DNA of 64,000 nt, taken from an uncultured Lentisphaeraceae bacterium (GTDB lineage: Bacteria > Verrucomicrobiota > Kiritimatiellia > RFP12 > UBA1067). Position numbers and translations under genes: made by a program. Under the pieces are notes generated by a model. It was not told the DNA's origin. It did no database searches and saw only the letters and a program-made list of their open reading frames with translations. Position 1 is the stretch's first letter. Each line of letters begins with the position of its first letter. The DNA is taken from NCBI GenBank assembly GCA_964406095.1, contig CAYOQJ010000079.1, forward strand, positions 5,944 through 69,943. Direction: 5' to 3'. Shown piece by piece: positions 39,424 to 49,876 of this stretch.

Positions 39424-40605
39424 ATGATAGCAAAATCAGATATGTTGCTGCTGGGAGTAGGCGGCGGCGGTTGTGCGATCACATGTGCCGTTGTCAAACA
39501 GGCCGATGTTAATTTCAAGGCGCTTGCCGTCGATACCGATGCCCGCTCAAGTCGCGAGGCTGGTGATAACGCGATTGATTTTTTGCTCATAGGTCGCGAT
39601 CGTCTGATAGGAAAGGGCACCGGTGGTGATGTGGCCAGCGGACGAGTGGCGGCGGATGATGATATGCAGCGTCTGGACCCGTTTCTCAGCGAGGTACGGC
39701 TGGCGGTGGTGGTCTGCTCTCTCGGTTCCGGAACCGGTGGTGGGGCAACTCCGAAAATCCTGGATTATCTCTCCAATCGCGGCATTACAACCCTCTGCTT
39801 TGCCACACTTCCCTTTCAATTTGAGGGTGCTAGCCGGGTTGCATGTGCCGCAGGTATAACTTCGTTGCTTGCCGAAAGTGCCGATACACTGATCACACTG
39901 CCGCTGGATCAACTGCATGAATGCAGCACGGATGACAATCTGAAACAGTGTGTCGATGTCTCCGCCGCAATCATAGGTGCCGGTGTAGCACTTGTGTGGC
40001 GCATGGTCTGTATGCCAGGCTATATCCAGCTTGATTCCGAGAAAATCAGAACTCTGGTGGTTGGTGGCAAGATGGCGAAATTGGGATTTGCCAGCAGTTC
40101 TGATCAGATTGAAGAGCGCGCCGCGGTTGTTTTGGATGAACTGAGTTCGTTCCCGCTGTTACGGGAGGAAAAGGGCGGAATTCGCGCCGCAGAAGCATTG
40201 TTGGTCGGTATAATCGGCGGTGACGATTTACGCCTTTCAGAGATCAGGCGGATTATGAAAGGGATTAAAGCTCTTTACAATAAGGATGTTCGCGTTGAAA
40301 TGGGTACTGTACAGGATGCACTTTATAACGGACGTATCGATGTGGTGCTGTTGGCTTTCCGGAATCGGACCCCGTTCATCGGTGCTGTGGCTGCGGTACA
40401 GCCCGTACTCGGCGATGAACCGCCTGTTGCGGATGTTTTGACCGTTGTGAAACAGACGCGCAAGGCCAAAGTACGTGGCGGTAGCCGCCTGTCCGTCGGT
40501 TCAAGCGGACGCGGCAGATTCCAAAACTGTGATCCCACCCTTCATTGCGGGGTTGATCTGGATGTGCCTACCTACCTGCGCTACGGATTAAATATCGAGA
40601 AGTGA
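39424..40605 (+). CDS. ftsZ: Divergent FtsZ/tubulin-family GTPase
   Basis: Motif GVGGGGCAIT and the tubulin signature GSGTGGGATP. Position directly after ftsA. Confidence 0.75.
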   Translation: MIAKSDMLLLGVGGGGCAITCAVVKQADVNFKALAVDTDARSSREAGDNAIDFLLIGRDRLIGKGTGGDVASGRVAADDDMQRLDPFLSEVRLAVVVCSLGSGTGGGATPKILDYLSNRGITTLCFATLPFQFEGASRVACAAGITSLLAESADTLITLPLDQLHECSTDDNLKQCVDVSAAIIGAGVALVWRMVCMPGYIQLDSEKIRTLVVGGKMAKLGFASSSDQIEERAAVVLDELSSFPLLREEKGGIRAAEALLVGIIGGDDLRLSEIRRIMKGIKALYNKDVRVEMGTVQDALYNGRIDVVLLAFRNRTPFIGAVAAVQPVLGDEPPVADVLTVVKQTRKAKVRGGSRLSVGSSGRGRFQNCDPTLHCGVDLDVPTYLRYGLNIEK

Positions 40606-42965
40606 TGACTCTCTACCGGTACCTGAGGGTTGTTTGCGACAGCTTGCGGCATGTTCCATGAATAGTCGATCCGGAAGCGGTGGATGCCGAGTTTAAGAGC
40701 CTGTCTGATCAATGCGCTTCTGTCTAGCGGTTTGGCTGCGATGGTAATCCATAAATTTTCTTTCCGCCAAACTCGCAAATCTGCCCCCGCCAAATTTTGC
40801 AACTCTATCCAGTGTGCATTCGCTTTGATCTCTGCCAGCGGGGGCGTGGCGGAGATGTAAAGCGGGGTGTGCTGAAATATCAACAATTCATTTTCACACA
40901 ATTTTTCGCTGCTTGGATAGAGTGTCTGAAAATCAGATTCCGGTGAAGTCACGTGTGAAAAAAAATCCATTTCATGAAGTTGCCGGGCTGCTTCACTGTT
41001 ACCGGCATAAAGTGTCCAGTCAGCTGATATGGGTTTGATTCCGCAGTTGCGCAGCATGCGGTAGCCAGCCAAACCCGGTGTTTCCCACTGTGTGTAACCG
41101 TATTGTGCAAGCTGACGTATGTTGTGCTGCAGTGCTGTGCGGCTGTCCGCGCGAATAATAAGCGGCAGGGCTGGCATCACTAACTCTGTCTTGGGCACGG
41201 CCCCGCGCAGCAATTCAATTTTTTCCAGCAGCAGCTCAGGTGCGCGTTCATCAATTTCAACGACCAGTCGATCGCACTTTGCGACAGAGTCGGACAGGGG
41301 TAGTACAGCCGAAATGTGCAGCTTGAGCGTGATTGTGACTTTGGGCGCGATGGGTGCGGTTGCCGAAGTATGTAACGCCTTGAACGATGTTGCATACGCT
41401 GTAAATCTGCAGTCGAGACGCTGGGCGCGTTCTTTTTCCAATGCGACAACCAGATCGCGACGTGCTTTGTTCAGTAATGCGGGGGGAGCAAAGAGCCTCT
41501 TGTCGTCCAGGAGTCGTACGGAGTCGGCATACCAGCGGGTGCCACCCAGCTTGGAACAGGCTTTCCGCACAGCAGTTGCACTCAGGACAGGATTATCTGC
41601 CGGATGGAGCTTCGAGTTGACACTTACCTCAGCTGTGTCACCGGTTGTTGTTGAGCAACCCTGCATCAAAAGCCCATCCTCTTTCAAGGTTACACATATC
41701 TGCAGGGGAATGCCGGTGTTCAGATCAGCGGGACGCGGGCGTTTAAAACGATATTTCTGTTGAACCTCCTGTGATGCGGAGCAGTAGATCGGGATGCTGG
41801 GTGCTATGAATGGAACGGGTTGTCCGGTAATTAAAATTTCGATATAGCTGTCAGCCGGTGCACACAGCGTTTCATATTTTTCTCCGTGTCTGCGCATCGA
41901 ACGAATTGAAAACCCGAAGGGCCTTGACATCCCGCGGATATCGATTTGAATGCCGTCAAATTTCTTTAAAGTTCGTGTTGTTTTGAAATACAACCACTGA
42001 TTGTGCACGTTGTCACTATCGACAGAGAGCACTTTGCCGATGAGAGCTCCTCTGTGCCCGATGGTCTTCGAGTCAATCACAGCATCGGGTTGCTGAGATG
42101 TGGAAACGGAGTAGAGTGTTGTCCAGGGACGACTGAAAACGGTCTGGATTTCCTCGGTTGCCTCTCGTTCATCCCGGGGTGTCAGCTTGCCGTCGAGTTT
42201 GCGACGATAAGCGGATGTGACGCAGGCAACGTAAAGCGGATTTTTCATGCGTCCTTCAATTTTCAGAGAGTGTACTCCGGTTGCAATGACCTGATCGAGA
42301 ATGGGTAACAGGGCCAAATCTTTCATCGAGAAGGGATGACCGATTGAGTTGCTACTGTATGAGAAGGGGTGACGGCAGCAATAGGCACATTGGCCCCGGT
42401 TGCCGCTGCGTCCGGTTGTCATGGCTGAGAACAGACATAATCCGCTGTAGCTGTAACATAGAGCGCCGTGGATGAACATCTCAATTTCGATGCCACAGTG
42501 ACTGACTATTGCTTCAATTTCCTGCAGGCTGAGCTCACGCGCTGTCACTACGCGCCGGAATCCCATGTCACGCAATGCCATAACGTCATCAATGCTGTGA
42601 GCGGCCATCTGTGTGCTGGCATGCATCTCAATCTCAGGAAAATGTCTGCGAATAACACGCGCGGCACCGATGTCTTGCACAATCACACCGTCAGGCTGCA
42701 ACTCCTCAGCCAATTCAAGCATTTTGAAAAAATCAGGCAGTTCGCTGTTGGTCAGCAATGTGTTGAGTGTGATGTAAATCTTTTTGGCCGGAGTGAAAGT
42801 TCTGGCATAGGCTGATAGCAGAGCGAGTTCTTCAAAGGTTGAATTATCTGCTTCGGCTCTGGCAGAAAAACTCTTTAATCCGAGATATACGGCATCCGCA
42901 CCATATTGAAAGGCGGCAATGGCGGCATCATAAGAGCCGGCAGGTGACAACAATTCCGGTTTCAT
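40581..42965 (-). CDS. Peptidase U32-family protein (long form with C-terminal extension)
   Basis: N-terminus MKPELLSPAGSYDAAIAAFQYGADAVYLG typical of the U32 (YhbU/YegQ) family. 794 aa. Confidence 0.8.
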   Translation of the reverse strand: MKPELLSPAGSYDAAIAAFQYGADAVYLGLKSFSARAEADNSTFEELALLSAYARTFTPAKKIYITLNTLLTNSELPDFFKMLELAEELQPDGVIVQDIGAARVIRRHFPEIEMHASTQMAAHSIDDVMALRDMGFRRVVTARELSLQEIEAIVSHCGIEIEMFIHGALCYSYSGLCLFSAMTTGRSGNRGQCAYCCRHPFSYSSNSIGHPFSMKDLALLPILDQVIATGVHSLKIEGRMKNPLYVACVTSAYRRKLDGKLTPRDEREATEEIQTVFSRPWTTLYSVSTSQQPDAVIDSKTIGHRGALIGKVLSVDSDNVHNQWLYFKTTRTLKKFDGIQIDIRGMSRPFGFSIRSMRRHGEKYETLCAPADSYIEILITGQPVPFIAPSIPIYCSASQEVQQKYRFKRPRPADLNTGIPLQICVTLKEDGLLMQGCSTTTGDTAEVSVNSKLHPADNPVLSATAVRKACSKLGGTRWYADSVRLLDDKRLFAPPALLNKARRDLVVALEKERAQRLDCRFTAYATSFKALHTSATAPIAPKVTITLKLHISAVLPLSDSVAKCDRLVVEIDERAPELLLEKIELLRGAVPKTELVMPALPLIIRADSRTALQHNIRQLAQYGYTQWETPGLAGYRMLRNCGIKPISADWTLYAGNSEAARQLHEMDFFSHVTSPESDFQTLYPSSEKLCENELLIFQHTPLYISATPPLAEIKANAHWIELQNLAGADLRVWRKENLWITIAAKPLDRSALIRQALKLGIHRFRIDYSWNMPQAVANNPQVPVESHHFSIFNP

Positions 42966-42992
42966 AACAGTTTGTTTTGCAGGGAAGCGCCT

Positions 42993-43361
42993 TCAGCAGT
43001 TCTCGATTATTCTGACCAGCAAATCTTTGATCAACCCGGACTCTCCCAGATGAGCCCCGATTGTAATCGAAAGTTGTGGGTATAATTTTCCGGCTTTTTC
43101 GAGTGCCGCCGGTATATCGCGAGTGACATGCCGTCCTGAGTTGAGAAAGTAGGGCAGCACCGTTACGCTGGATGCTCCGTCCCGGACACAGGCACCCACA
43201 CCCTCCGTAATTGATGGCTGCGCCATGTCAAGAAAAGCGGCATGTATGATCCCGATACCGTTTTTCCGGGCGGTGTCGCGCAGTTGACCGGCAAGAGCCA
43301 GAACTTCATCATTGGATGCCTGTCGGCGGCTGCCGTGTGCCACTAGCAAAATTGCTTTCAT
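42993..43361 (-). CDS. cbiX: Sirohydrochlorin chelatase CbiX (small form)
   Basis: Motifs [12 protein letters not shown] and [10 protein letters not shown]. About 120 aa. Confidence 0.75.
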   Translation of the reverse strand: MKAILLVAHGSRRQASNDEVLALAGQLRDTARKNGIGIIHAAFLDMAQPSITEGVGACVRDGASSVTVLPYFLNSGRHVTRDIPAALEKAGKLYPQLSITIGAHLGESGLIKDLLVRIIENC

Positions 43362-43769
43362 CGCTGCTTACCTTGTTATTGTTTTTAATCATAATCGGTT
43401 TATGAAAATTCTGAAAGGTAAATGCCACGGAGTGGTGATGACCGTTCTCAGCTTTGGCAATATATTTGGGAATGAAAGCGTGCGGCAGATGACAGTCGAC
43501 ACAGGTTGCGACGATATGATGGCTGGCCTGTTGCCAGAAGTCATACTGCGGGTCCATGATGTGACAGTTTGCGCAGGCGCGAGGATCGGCACGGGCATCA
43601 TCCTTGTTACGGACGTAGAGTTTTGGTGACAGTTTGCGCAGGCGCGAGGATCGGCACTCAGATATGAGAGACCTCCGGCATACCTGAAGGTGTATGCTTT
43701 GGTGCCGATCAGGGCTCCCAGCGCGACGGCGGTGGCACAAATATGTTCGAATCTTGTCACTACTGCCAT
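43309..43769 (-). pseudogene. NapC/NirT/NrfH-family membrane cytochrome c gene, frameshifted by a 65-bp partial duplication and C-terminally short (2 of the 4 hemes expected for the NapC/NrfH family)
   Basis: Frame B holds the TM anchor and [10 protein letters not shown]. Frame A repeats [10 protein letters not shown], then [27 protein letters not shown], which resembles the N-terminal half of NrfH. The two frames are linked by a 32-bp perfect direct repeat at 43561-43592 and 43626-43657. Confidence 0.6.
43561..43657. repeat. 32-bp perfect direct repeat (gtgacagtttgcgcaggcgcgaggatcggcac) x2, separated by 33 bp, inside the NrfH-like gene
   Basis: Read directly from the sequence. Period 65 bp (not a multiple of 3). 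Confidence 0.9.
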
Positions 43770-44075
43770 TATCGCAGGCGATTAAATAAAATACAAGTCG
43801 GGATAGTCGTTTTTTTGGCGTGGTTGAGCTGCCGCTGCAATTCGCCGATAGCCAAAAAAGATAAGAATATGGTGGTTTTTAGCAATGAATTTTGCTAATG
43901 TAAAAGCTTTTGACCCGGAAATTGGGTACTTAGAGGGGGTTCCGCTCTGTTTGAGTGAACAGAGGTTGAAAGGAACTCAGATTATTAATACTAAAAAAAC
44001 GCCTGTGCAAGGTCAGTCATCTCATCGATGTAATGAGATACATCCAGTCACTTTGTCGGGTGGGAAATCCGTAAT

Positions 44076-45821
44076 ATGGCAATTCGCAAACCCCAGGCAG
44101 CTAAACCGAAAACAGGCCCCATGTATGAGGCAATGGAAGCCGCCTTGACCCAGCAGATGCAAAAGTTCACAGCGGGGTCGATTATCAAGGGTAAGGTAAG
44201 CGGTATCAAAGGCAATGAGGTTCTTGTTGATATCGGCTATAAATCTGAAGGCATTGTTAATGCGAACGAGTTCGAAGATGTTTCCACAGTGAACATCGGC
44301 GATGTTATCGATGTGTTGCTGGTTGAGCTTGAGAGCGACAACGGCATGGTGAATCTGAGCAAGGCCCGCGCGGATGAGAAGTTGCGTTGGGATGCCGTGC
44401 TTGAAAAATATACCGAAGGATGTATTGTTACGGGCGTGATTCGTAACAGGGTACGCGGCGGTCTGATTGTTGATGTTGATGGTGTTGATTCCTTCCTGCC
44501 GGGTTCACAAATCGATGTGACACCGGTTGGTGATGTCGATGAATTTATCGATCAAAGCTTTGAGTTCAAAGTTATTAAGATCAGCAATGAACGTAGAAAT
44601 ATAATTGTTTCACGGCGCGAGCTGATCGAAGAGCGCATGGCTGACAAGAAACGTGAGCTGCTGGCTTCAATTGAAAAGGATCAGCAACGTACAGGTCGTA
44701 TCAAGAATATCACCGATTTCGGTGCTTTTGTTGATCTCGATGGCTTGGACGGATTGCTGCACATCACCGATATGAGCTGGGGCCGAATCAAACATCCCAG
44801 CGAGATGCTCAAAGTTGGTCAGGAAATCGAAGTTGTGATTCTGGATGTTGACATGGAACGCGAACGGGTTTCGCTGGGTCTTAAACAGGCTACACCTAAT
44901 CCGTGGGAGGATATCGAAGGCAACTTCCCGATCGGCAGCCGTTTGCGCGGCAAAGTCGTCAACCTTGTGCCGTATGGCGCCTTTGTCGAAATTCAGCCCG
45001 GTATCGAGGGGCTGGTGCATGTTTCCGAGTTTTCATGGACAAAACGGGTCGCACGTGCTTCGGATGTGCTTAATGTCGGTGATGAAGTGGATGTTGTGGT
45101 GCTCAGTATTGATGCTGATAACCAGAAGATCGCACTGGGTATCCGTCAGACCGAGGACAATCCCTGGGATACCGTGCAGGATCGTTATCCGGTTGGCAGC
45201 CGTATCAGTGGCAAGGTACGTAACTTCACGACTTACGGGGCCTTTGTCGAATTGGAAGAGGGTATTGACGGTATGATCCACGTCTCCGATATGTCCTGGA
45301 CCCGCAAGATCAACCATCCGAGTGAGGTTCTTCAGAAGGGGCAGGAGGTTGATGCGGTAGTGCTTGAGGTCAATCCCGCTGATCAACGCATCAGTCTGGG
45401 TCTCAAACAGGCCAGCGATGATCCCTGGAACACAATCACAGCCCGCTTCGCAATCGGTCAGGTCGTAAAGGGTAGTGTCTCCAAGATTGCCTCTTTCGGT
45501 GCTTTTGTCGAACTGGAAGATGGTGTCGATGGACTTGTACATATATCGCAGATATCCGATCAGCATGTTGAAAAGGTCAAGGATGTTCTCAAGGTCGGCG
45601 ATGAGGTCGAAGCCCGTATCGTCAAGATCGATAGCGATGAACGCCGTATAGGACTGAGCATCAAAGCTGTTAATATGGATGAGACCGAGATCGAAGAACT
45701 CACCCGCGATCTCAGTGCCACTGATCTGAAGCCCGGCGAGAATCTGGTCGGCTTGGCTGCTGCCTTCGATGATGCCTTCGCGCAGAGCGAAAGCGAAGAG
45801 TGGCATCCCGGTGATAACTGA
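44076..45821 (+). CDS. rpsA: 30S ribosomal protein S1
   Basis: Six S1 domains (GxV.G.V..I..FGAFV.L motifs repeated). Confidence 0.95.
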   Translation: MAIRKPQAAKPKTGPMYEAMEAALTQQMQKFTAGSIIKGKVSGIKGNEVLVDIGYKSEGIVNANEFEDVSTVNIGDVIDVLLVELESDNGMVNLSKARADEKLRWDAVLEKYTEGCIVTGVIRNRVRGGLIVDVDGVDSFLPGSQIDVTPVGDVDEFIDQSFEFKVIKISNERRNIIVSRRELIEERMADKKRELLASIEKDQQRTGRIKNITDFGAFVDLDGLDGLLHITDMSWGRIKHPSEMLKVGQEIEVVILDVDMERERVSLGLKQATPNPWEDIEGNFPIGSRLRGKVVNLVPYGAFVEIQPGIEGLVHVSEFSWTKRVARASDVLNVGDEVDVVVLSIDADNQKIALGIRQTEDNPWDTVQDRYPVGSRISGKVRNFTTYGAFVELEEGIDGMIHVSDMSWTRKINHPSEVLQKGQEVDAVVLEVNPADQRISLGLKQASDDPWNTITARFAIGQVVKGSVSKIASFGAFVELEDGVDGLVHISQISDQHVEKVKDVLKVGDEVEARIVKIDSDERRIGLSIKAVNMDETEIEELTRDLSATDLKPGENLVGLAAAFDDAFAQSESEEWHPGDN

Positions 45822-45837
45822 TTGACACTTTCGAAAA

Positions 45838-45868
45838 GAGGGCGTCTGGCGACAGGCGCCCTTTTTTA
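45838..45868 (+). terminator. Rho-independent terminator after rpsA
   Basis: GGGCGtctggcgacaggCGCCC stem followed by TTTTTT. Confidence 0.7.
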
Positions 45869-45946
45869 ACAGGGTGAACGGTAGAATTGATGGGCAAGCC
45901 GCCTTCACGGCAATTAAGTTAGGGAACAGAAGCTGAAAGAAAAATA

Positions 45947-47218
45947 ATGGCTAATGTATTGGATACACTTAAAGCTCGTTATCTGTTTGAAGATATGACC
46001 TCTCCGAATCTGGCCGAAGCACTGGATCAAAAACTCACCGTATATGCCGGATTTGATCCGACCGCCGAGAGCCTGCAGGCCGGTAATTTTGTCACTATCA
46101 TGGCACTGGCTCATATGCAGCGCCAGGGACATAAGGTAATTGCTCTGGTCGGAGGAGCAACCGGTCTGATAGGCGACCCTTCGGGCAAATCAAAGGAGCG
46201 TAATCTGCTGACAGCCGAGAGCGTGCAGCGTAATCTCGAGGGTATCCGGGAGAATCTTTCACGCTTTCTTGATTTTAACCCGAACGGCGAAAATCCGGCA
46301 GTTATGGTGAATAACTATGATTGGTTTAAGGATATATCCTTCATTGACATGCTGCGTGATGTGGGACGATACTTCCGCATGACCCAGATGCTTTCCCGAG
46401 AGAGTGTCAAAAAGCGACTCGACTCTGAGGAAGGTATGAGTTTCACCGAGTTCTGCTACCAGATTCTGCAAGGGTATGATTTCTGCCACCTTTATAAAGA
46501 GTACGGCTGCCGTTTGCAGATCGGCGGTTCCGATCAGTGGGGCAATATCACCGCCGGAACCGATCTTGTTCGTAAACTCTGCGGTGAAGAGGTCTTCGGC
46601 ATGACATTCCCGTTGGTCTGCGACAGCAATGGGCATAAATTCGGCAAAAGTGAGGGTAATGCCATATATCTCGATGCCCGGAAAACCTCATATTATGAGT
46701 TCTATCAGTTTTTCATGCGTACACTCGATGCCGATGTGATCCGTTTTCTCAAGATATTCACATTTCTTCCGCAGGAACGTATCGACAAACTCGCTGAATG
46801 TGTGGCGTGCGAGCCGGAGAAACGTGAAGCCCAGAAGGTGCTTGCCGAGGAACTGACCCGTTGTGTGCATGGCGAGCATGGTTTGAGTGTTGCCCGGAAA
46901 GCCACGGAGGTGCTTTTCGGCGGATCAATGGAGGGTCTTGGCGCCGGGGAGCTCACTCGGATTTTTGCCGATGTGCCATCCGGTACTCTGCCTTATGCTG
47001 AGGTTGTCGGCAGCGCTGCCTTTGAGGTGATTGCCGCCGCCGGAATGGTGTCCAGCAAAGGCGAGGCGCGTCGTTTGGTTCAGCAGGGCGGTTTGAGTAT
47101 CAACAACCACAAGGCCGCAGGGTTGGAGCGTCTGATAACGGGGGAAGATCTGATAGACGGAACGCTTGTGGTTTTGCGCAGCGGCAAAAAGAAGTATTTC
47201 CTGCTGAAAATTATTTAA
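45947..47218 (+). CDS. tyrS: Tyrosine--tRNA ligase
   Basis: Class I aaRS. KFGKS (KMSKS-type) motif and HIGH-region equivalent. S4-like C-terminus. Confidence 0.9.
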   Translation: MANVLDTLKARYLFEDMTSPNLAEALDQKLTVYAGFDPTAESLQAGNFVTIMALAHMQRQGHKVIALVGGATGLIGDPSGKSKERNLLTAESVQRNLEGIRENLSRFLDFNPNGENPAVMVNNYDWFKDISFIDMLRDVGRYFRMTQMLSRESVKKRLDSEEGMSFTEFCYQILQGYDFCHLYKEYGCRLQIGGSDQWGNITAGTDLVRKLCGEEVFGMTFPLVCDSNGHKFGKSEGNAIYLDARKTSYYEFYQFFMRTLDADVIRFLKIFTFLPQERIDKLAECVACEPEKREAQKVLAEELTRCVHGEHGLSVARKATEVLFGGSMEGLGAGELTRIFADVPSGTLPYAEVVGSAAFEVIAAAGMVSSKGEARRLVQQGGLSINNHKAAGLERLITGEDLIDGTLVVLRSGKKKYFLLKII

Positions 47219-47271
47219 TCAGTTCATTGCCGGCCATGTGATAAAATCGTTGTTGTCCAATAACTGAAACA

Positions 47272-48303
47272 ATGAAAATCAATGGACATACAGTGCAATT
47301 TAATGAGGGCGCAACTATTCTGGAGGTTGCGACCGCTGCCGGTATTTTTATCCCGACACTCTGTTATAAAAAAGAGTTGCAACCTTCCGGAGGATGCGGT
47401 GTGTGTACAGTGGAGGATATCAACACCGGGAACTTGCTGCCAGCCTGCGCTACGCGCGCTCAGGACGACCAGAACATCAGCACAACATCCAACCGGGTTA
47501 TCAGGTTGCGTAAATCCGCGCTGGCACTGCTGCTGAGCGACCATCCCGCCGATTGCGAAGCACCTTGCCAGATGGCATGTCCCTCCGGGCTGCCGGTGCA
47601 ACGAATGCTCGAAGAGGTGGCTGCTGGCAATTGGGAGGAAGCGCGCAAGATTGCTTTGCAATATCCCTTTGTATGCGGTGATAAAGTTGACGATACACCT
47701 TGTGAACGCGTCTGCCGACGTTCAAAGCTCGGCGGTGCCGTGGCAATCTGTGCAATCCATCGCTACTTGTGTTCAGAAGAGCATCCGGTGTCATCCGATA
47801 AAAAAAGTGATCAAAGAAAATTACGCCGCTTTTCAACCTTCCGGTCACATATGCGAGGGTTGTCAGCTGAAGAGATGCTCTCTCTTGCCCCAGAGAAAGG
47901 TGATCGTGCTTTTAAAGGTGACATGCCCATGGATCAAGACGCATTGCGCTATGAAGCACGACGCTGCCTGCAGTGCGGCTGTGAACGGCCAGATAACTGT
48001 GAACTCCGCGATCTTTGTGCCGCATTTGATGTAAAACAGCCGCCCGCTTCCCGTACCAATCGCAGAATATATAGGGAGCGCGGAGCAGGAGGCTTTCGTT
48101 TCGATTCATCCAGATGTATTCTGTGCGAACGCTGTGTACGTGCCGCAGAGCAATTGAATGTCGTTGTGGCTCCGGGCATTCAAGGGCGCGGATTTGACTC
48201 CCGCATCGCACCGCCACTCGCCCGAAGTTGGGATGATATCGATGAAAAAACTCTCAGAGTATGCGTTCAGGCATGTCCAACCGGCGCCATGACCATGCGC
48301 TGA
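47272..48303 (+). CDS. Stand-alone NuoG/[FeFe]-hydrogenase-like N-terminal iron-sulfur module (2Fe-2S + His/Cys 4Fe-4S + 2x[4Fe-4S]), no catalytic domain
   Basis: A 2Fe-2S ferredoxin fold at the N-terminus (CYKK...GGCGVC...C). A NuoG-like segment LLLSDHPADCEAPCQMACP. Additional motifs CERVCRR...C and C-terminal CILCERCVRAAE...CVQACPTGAM. Confidence 0.65.
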   Translation: MKINGHTVQFNEGATILEVATAAGIFIPTLCYKKELQPSGGCGVCTVEDINTGNLLPACATRAQDDQNISTTSNRVIRLRKSALALLLSDHPADCEAPCQMACPSGLPVQRMLEEVAAGNWEEARKIALQYPFVCGDKVDDTPCERVCRRSKLGGAVAICAIHRYLCSEEHPVSSDKKSDQRKLRRFSTFRSHMRGLSAEEMLSLAPEKGDRAFKGDMPMDQDALRYEARRCLQCGCERPDNCELRDLCAAFDVKQPPASRTNRRIYRERGAGGFRFDSSRCILCERCVRAAEQLNVVVAPGIQGRGFDSRIAPPLARSWDDIDEKTLRVCVQACPTGAMTMR

Positions 48304-48393
48304 ACTCCCCGAAAAATAACTCCGCCTGAGTGGATTGACAAGGTTCACGGTGTTGACTGTCAGAGCAAGACAATGTGAAACCCGGTTTGTAAA

Positions 48394-48439
48394 CAAACCA
48401 AATGGTGGACATGACACGCTCAGCAATTTATGGTTTAAT
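48394..48439 (+). promoter_or_regulatory. Promoter-like element ACCAAATGGTGGAC-ATGACA-N17-TTTAAT upstream of nqrA
   Basis: Same architecture as the element at 14637-14682 and 18/20 identity with it. A -10-like TTTAAT at 48434-48439, 84 nt upstream of the nqrA start. Confidence 0.45.
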
Positions 48440-48523
48440 CACTCTGACTATGGCTGAGAAGCTCGCTTCTGTCAGCCGGGCGGGCCTTCACTTGATAGAA
48501 TATTCCATCTGCGGGGCGGTGCG

Positions 48524-49876
48524 ATGATTAAAATAAAAAAAGGTTTGGATTTGCCTGTTCTCGGTAAGCCGGATGAAAAGGTCGCTGAATTCAAGTCAAC
48601 CAGCCATGTGGCAGTAACCGGTTTGGATTATGTCGGACTGAAGCCAGGCATGATTGTAAAAGAGAATCAGGTTGTTCGAAAGGGAGAACCGTTGTTTGCC
48701 GCAAAGGAAAACAGCGGCGTGGTATTCACCGCACCCTGCGCCGGGCGTGTGGCGGCGATTAATCGCGGCCCGCGACGTGTATTGGAGTCGGTTGTGATAG
48801 AGGTTGATCCTGAGGGAGAAAGCCGCAACTTCGACACCATCACCGATGAGCGGCTGAATGGCGCTTCAGCCGGGGAAATAATCCCGGTTTTAATTGAATC
48901 AGGATTATTCACCGCTTTCCGCCAACGTCCCTTCTCACGTATTCCCGCACCTGAGAGCAGACCGCACTCGATTTTCGTCACTTCAATCGATAGCGATCCG
49001 CTCGGTTTCGATCCAGGAATTGTGATTTCCCGCTATGTAAATGATTTCGTCCGCGGTCTGACCGCCCTGACCCGCATTACGCAGAACGAGGTCTATAATG
49101 TGGTGCATGAGAGTTTCAATATCAAACTGCCACCAATTGAGCACTGCCTGACCTTGAAATTCGGTGGCAGACATCCCTGCGGGCTGGTCGGCACACACAT
49201 TCACATGCTCGATCCGGTGCATGAAAATAAAGCGGTCTGGCATATTGGAGCTCAGGATGTAATTGCGATTGGACGTCTGCTGGCAACCGGTGAGCTGTGG
49301 AACGAACGTTATGTGGCTATGGGCGGTCCCCCGGTTCGGGAACCCCGAATTCTGCATACCACCGCCGGAGCCGATATTTTGGAGTTGACTGAGGGTGAGA
49401 TGACCGATGATCGGCCGGTGCGACTGATTGCCGGTTCAATTCTCAATGGTCGCAGAGTAGATGGTGCTGTACGCTATCTGGATCGTTACAGCTATAAGAT
49501 AGGCGCACTCGACGAGGATCATGGCCGTAAACTGCTGGGTTGGATACGACCTGGATTGAAACAGCATTCGGCTGGGAAAACCTTTTTGTCTTCGCTCTTT
49601 CCTGCTAGAAAGCTGAACATCACATCGAAGCGTAACGGCGGGGTGCGTCCGGTTGTGCCGCTGGGAATCTTCGAGCAGCTCATGCCGCTTGATATTCTGC
49701 CCACTCAGCTTGCCAAGGCACTGCTGATGCGGGATGTCGAGGAGTGTCTGCGTCTGGGAGTGCTGGAACTCGATGAGGAGGACCTCGCGTTGATGACCTA
49801 CGCCTGCTCCGGCAAGAATGATTACGGCGCGTTGCTGCGCGAGGTTCTGCAGATCGTTTTTAAGGAGGGGGCATGA
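48524..49876 (+). CDS. nqrA: Na+-translocating NADH:quinone oxidoreductase subunit A
   Basis: N-terminus MIKIKKGLDLPVLGKP and RVLESVVIEV align with recalled Vibrio NqrA sequence; no alignment was run. Confidence 0.95.
   Translation: MIKIKKGLDLPVLGKPDEKVAEFKSTSHVAVTGLDYVGLKPGMIVKENQVVRKGEPLFAAKENSGVVFTAPCAGRVAAINRGPRRVLESVVIEVDPEGESRNFDTITDERLNGASAGEIIPVLIESGLFTAFRQRPFSRIPAPESRPHSIFVTSIDSDPLGFDPGIVISRYVNDFVRGLTALTRITQNEVYNVVHESFNIKLPPIEHCLTLKFGGRHPCGLVGTHIHMLDPVHENKAVWHIGAQDVIAIGRLLATGELWNERYVAMGGPPVREPRILHTTAGADILELTEGEMTDDRPVRLIAGSILNGRRVDGAVRYLDRYSYKIGALDEDHGRKLLGWIRPGLKQHSAGKTFLSSLFPARKLNITSKRNGGVRPVVPLGIFEQLMPLDILPTQLAKALLMRDVEECLRLGVLELDEEDLALMTYACSGKNDYGALLREVLQIVFKEGA

Noticed and set aside
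43561-43657. Possible CRISPR-like repeat
   Set aside because: Only two copies exist and they lie inside a coding sequence. The repeat encodes a heme motif.
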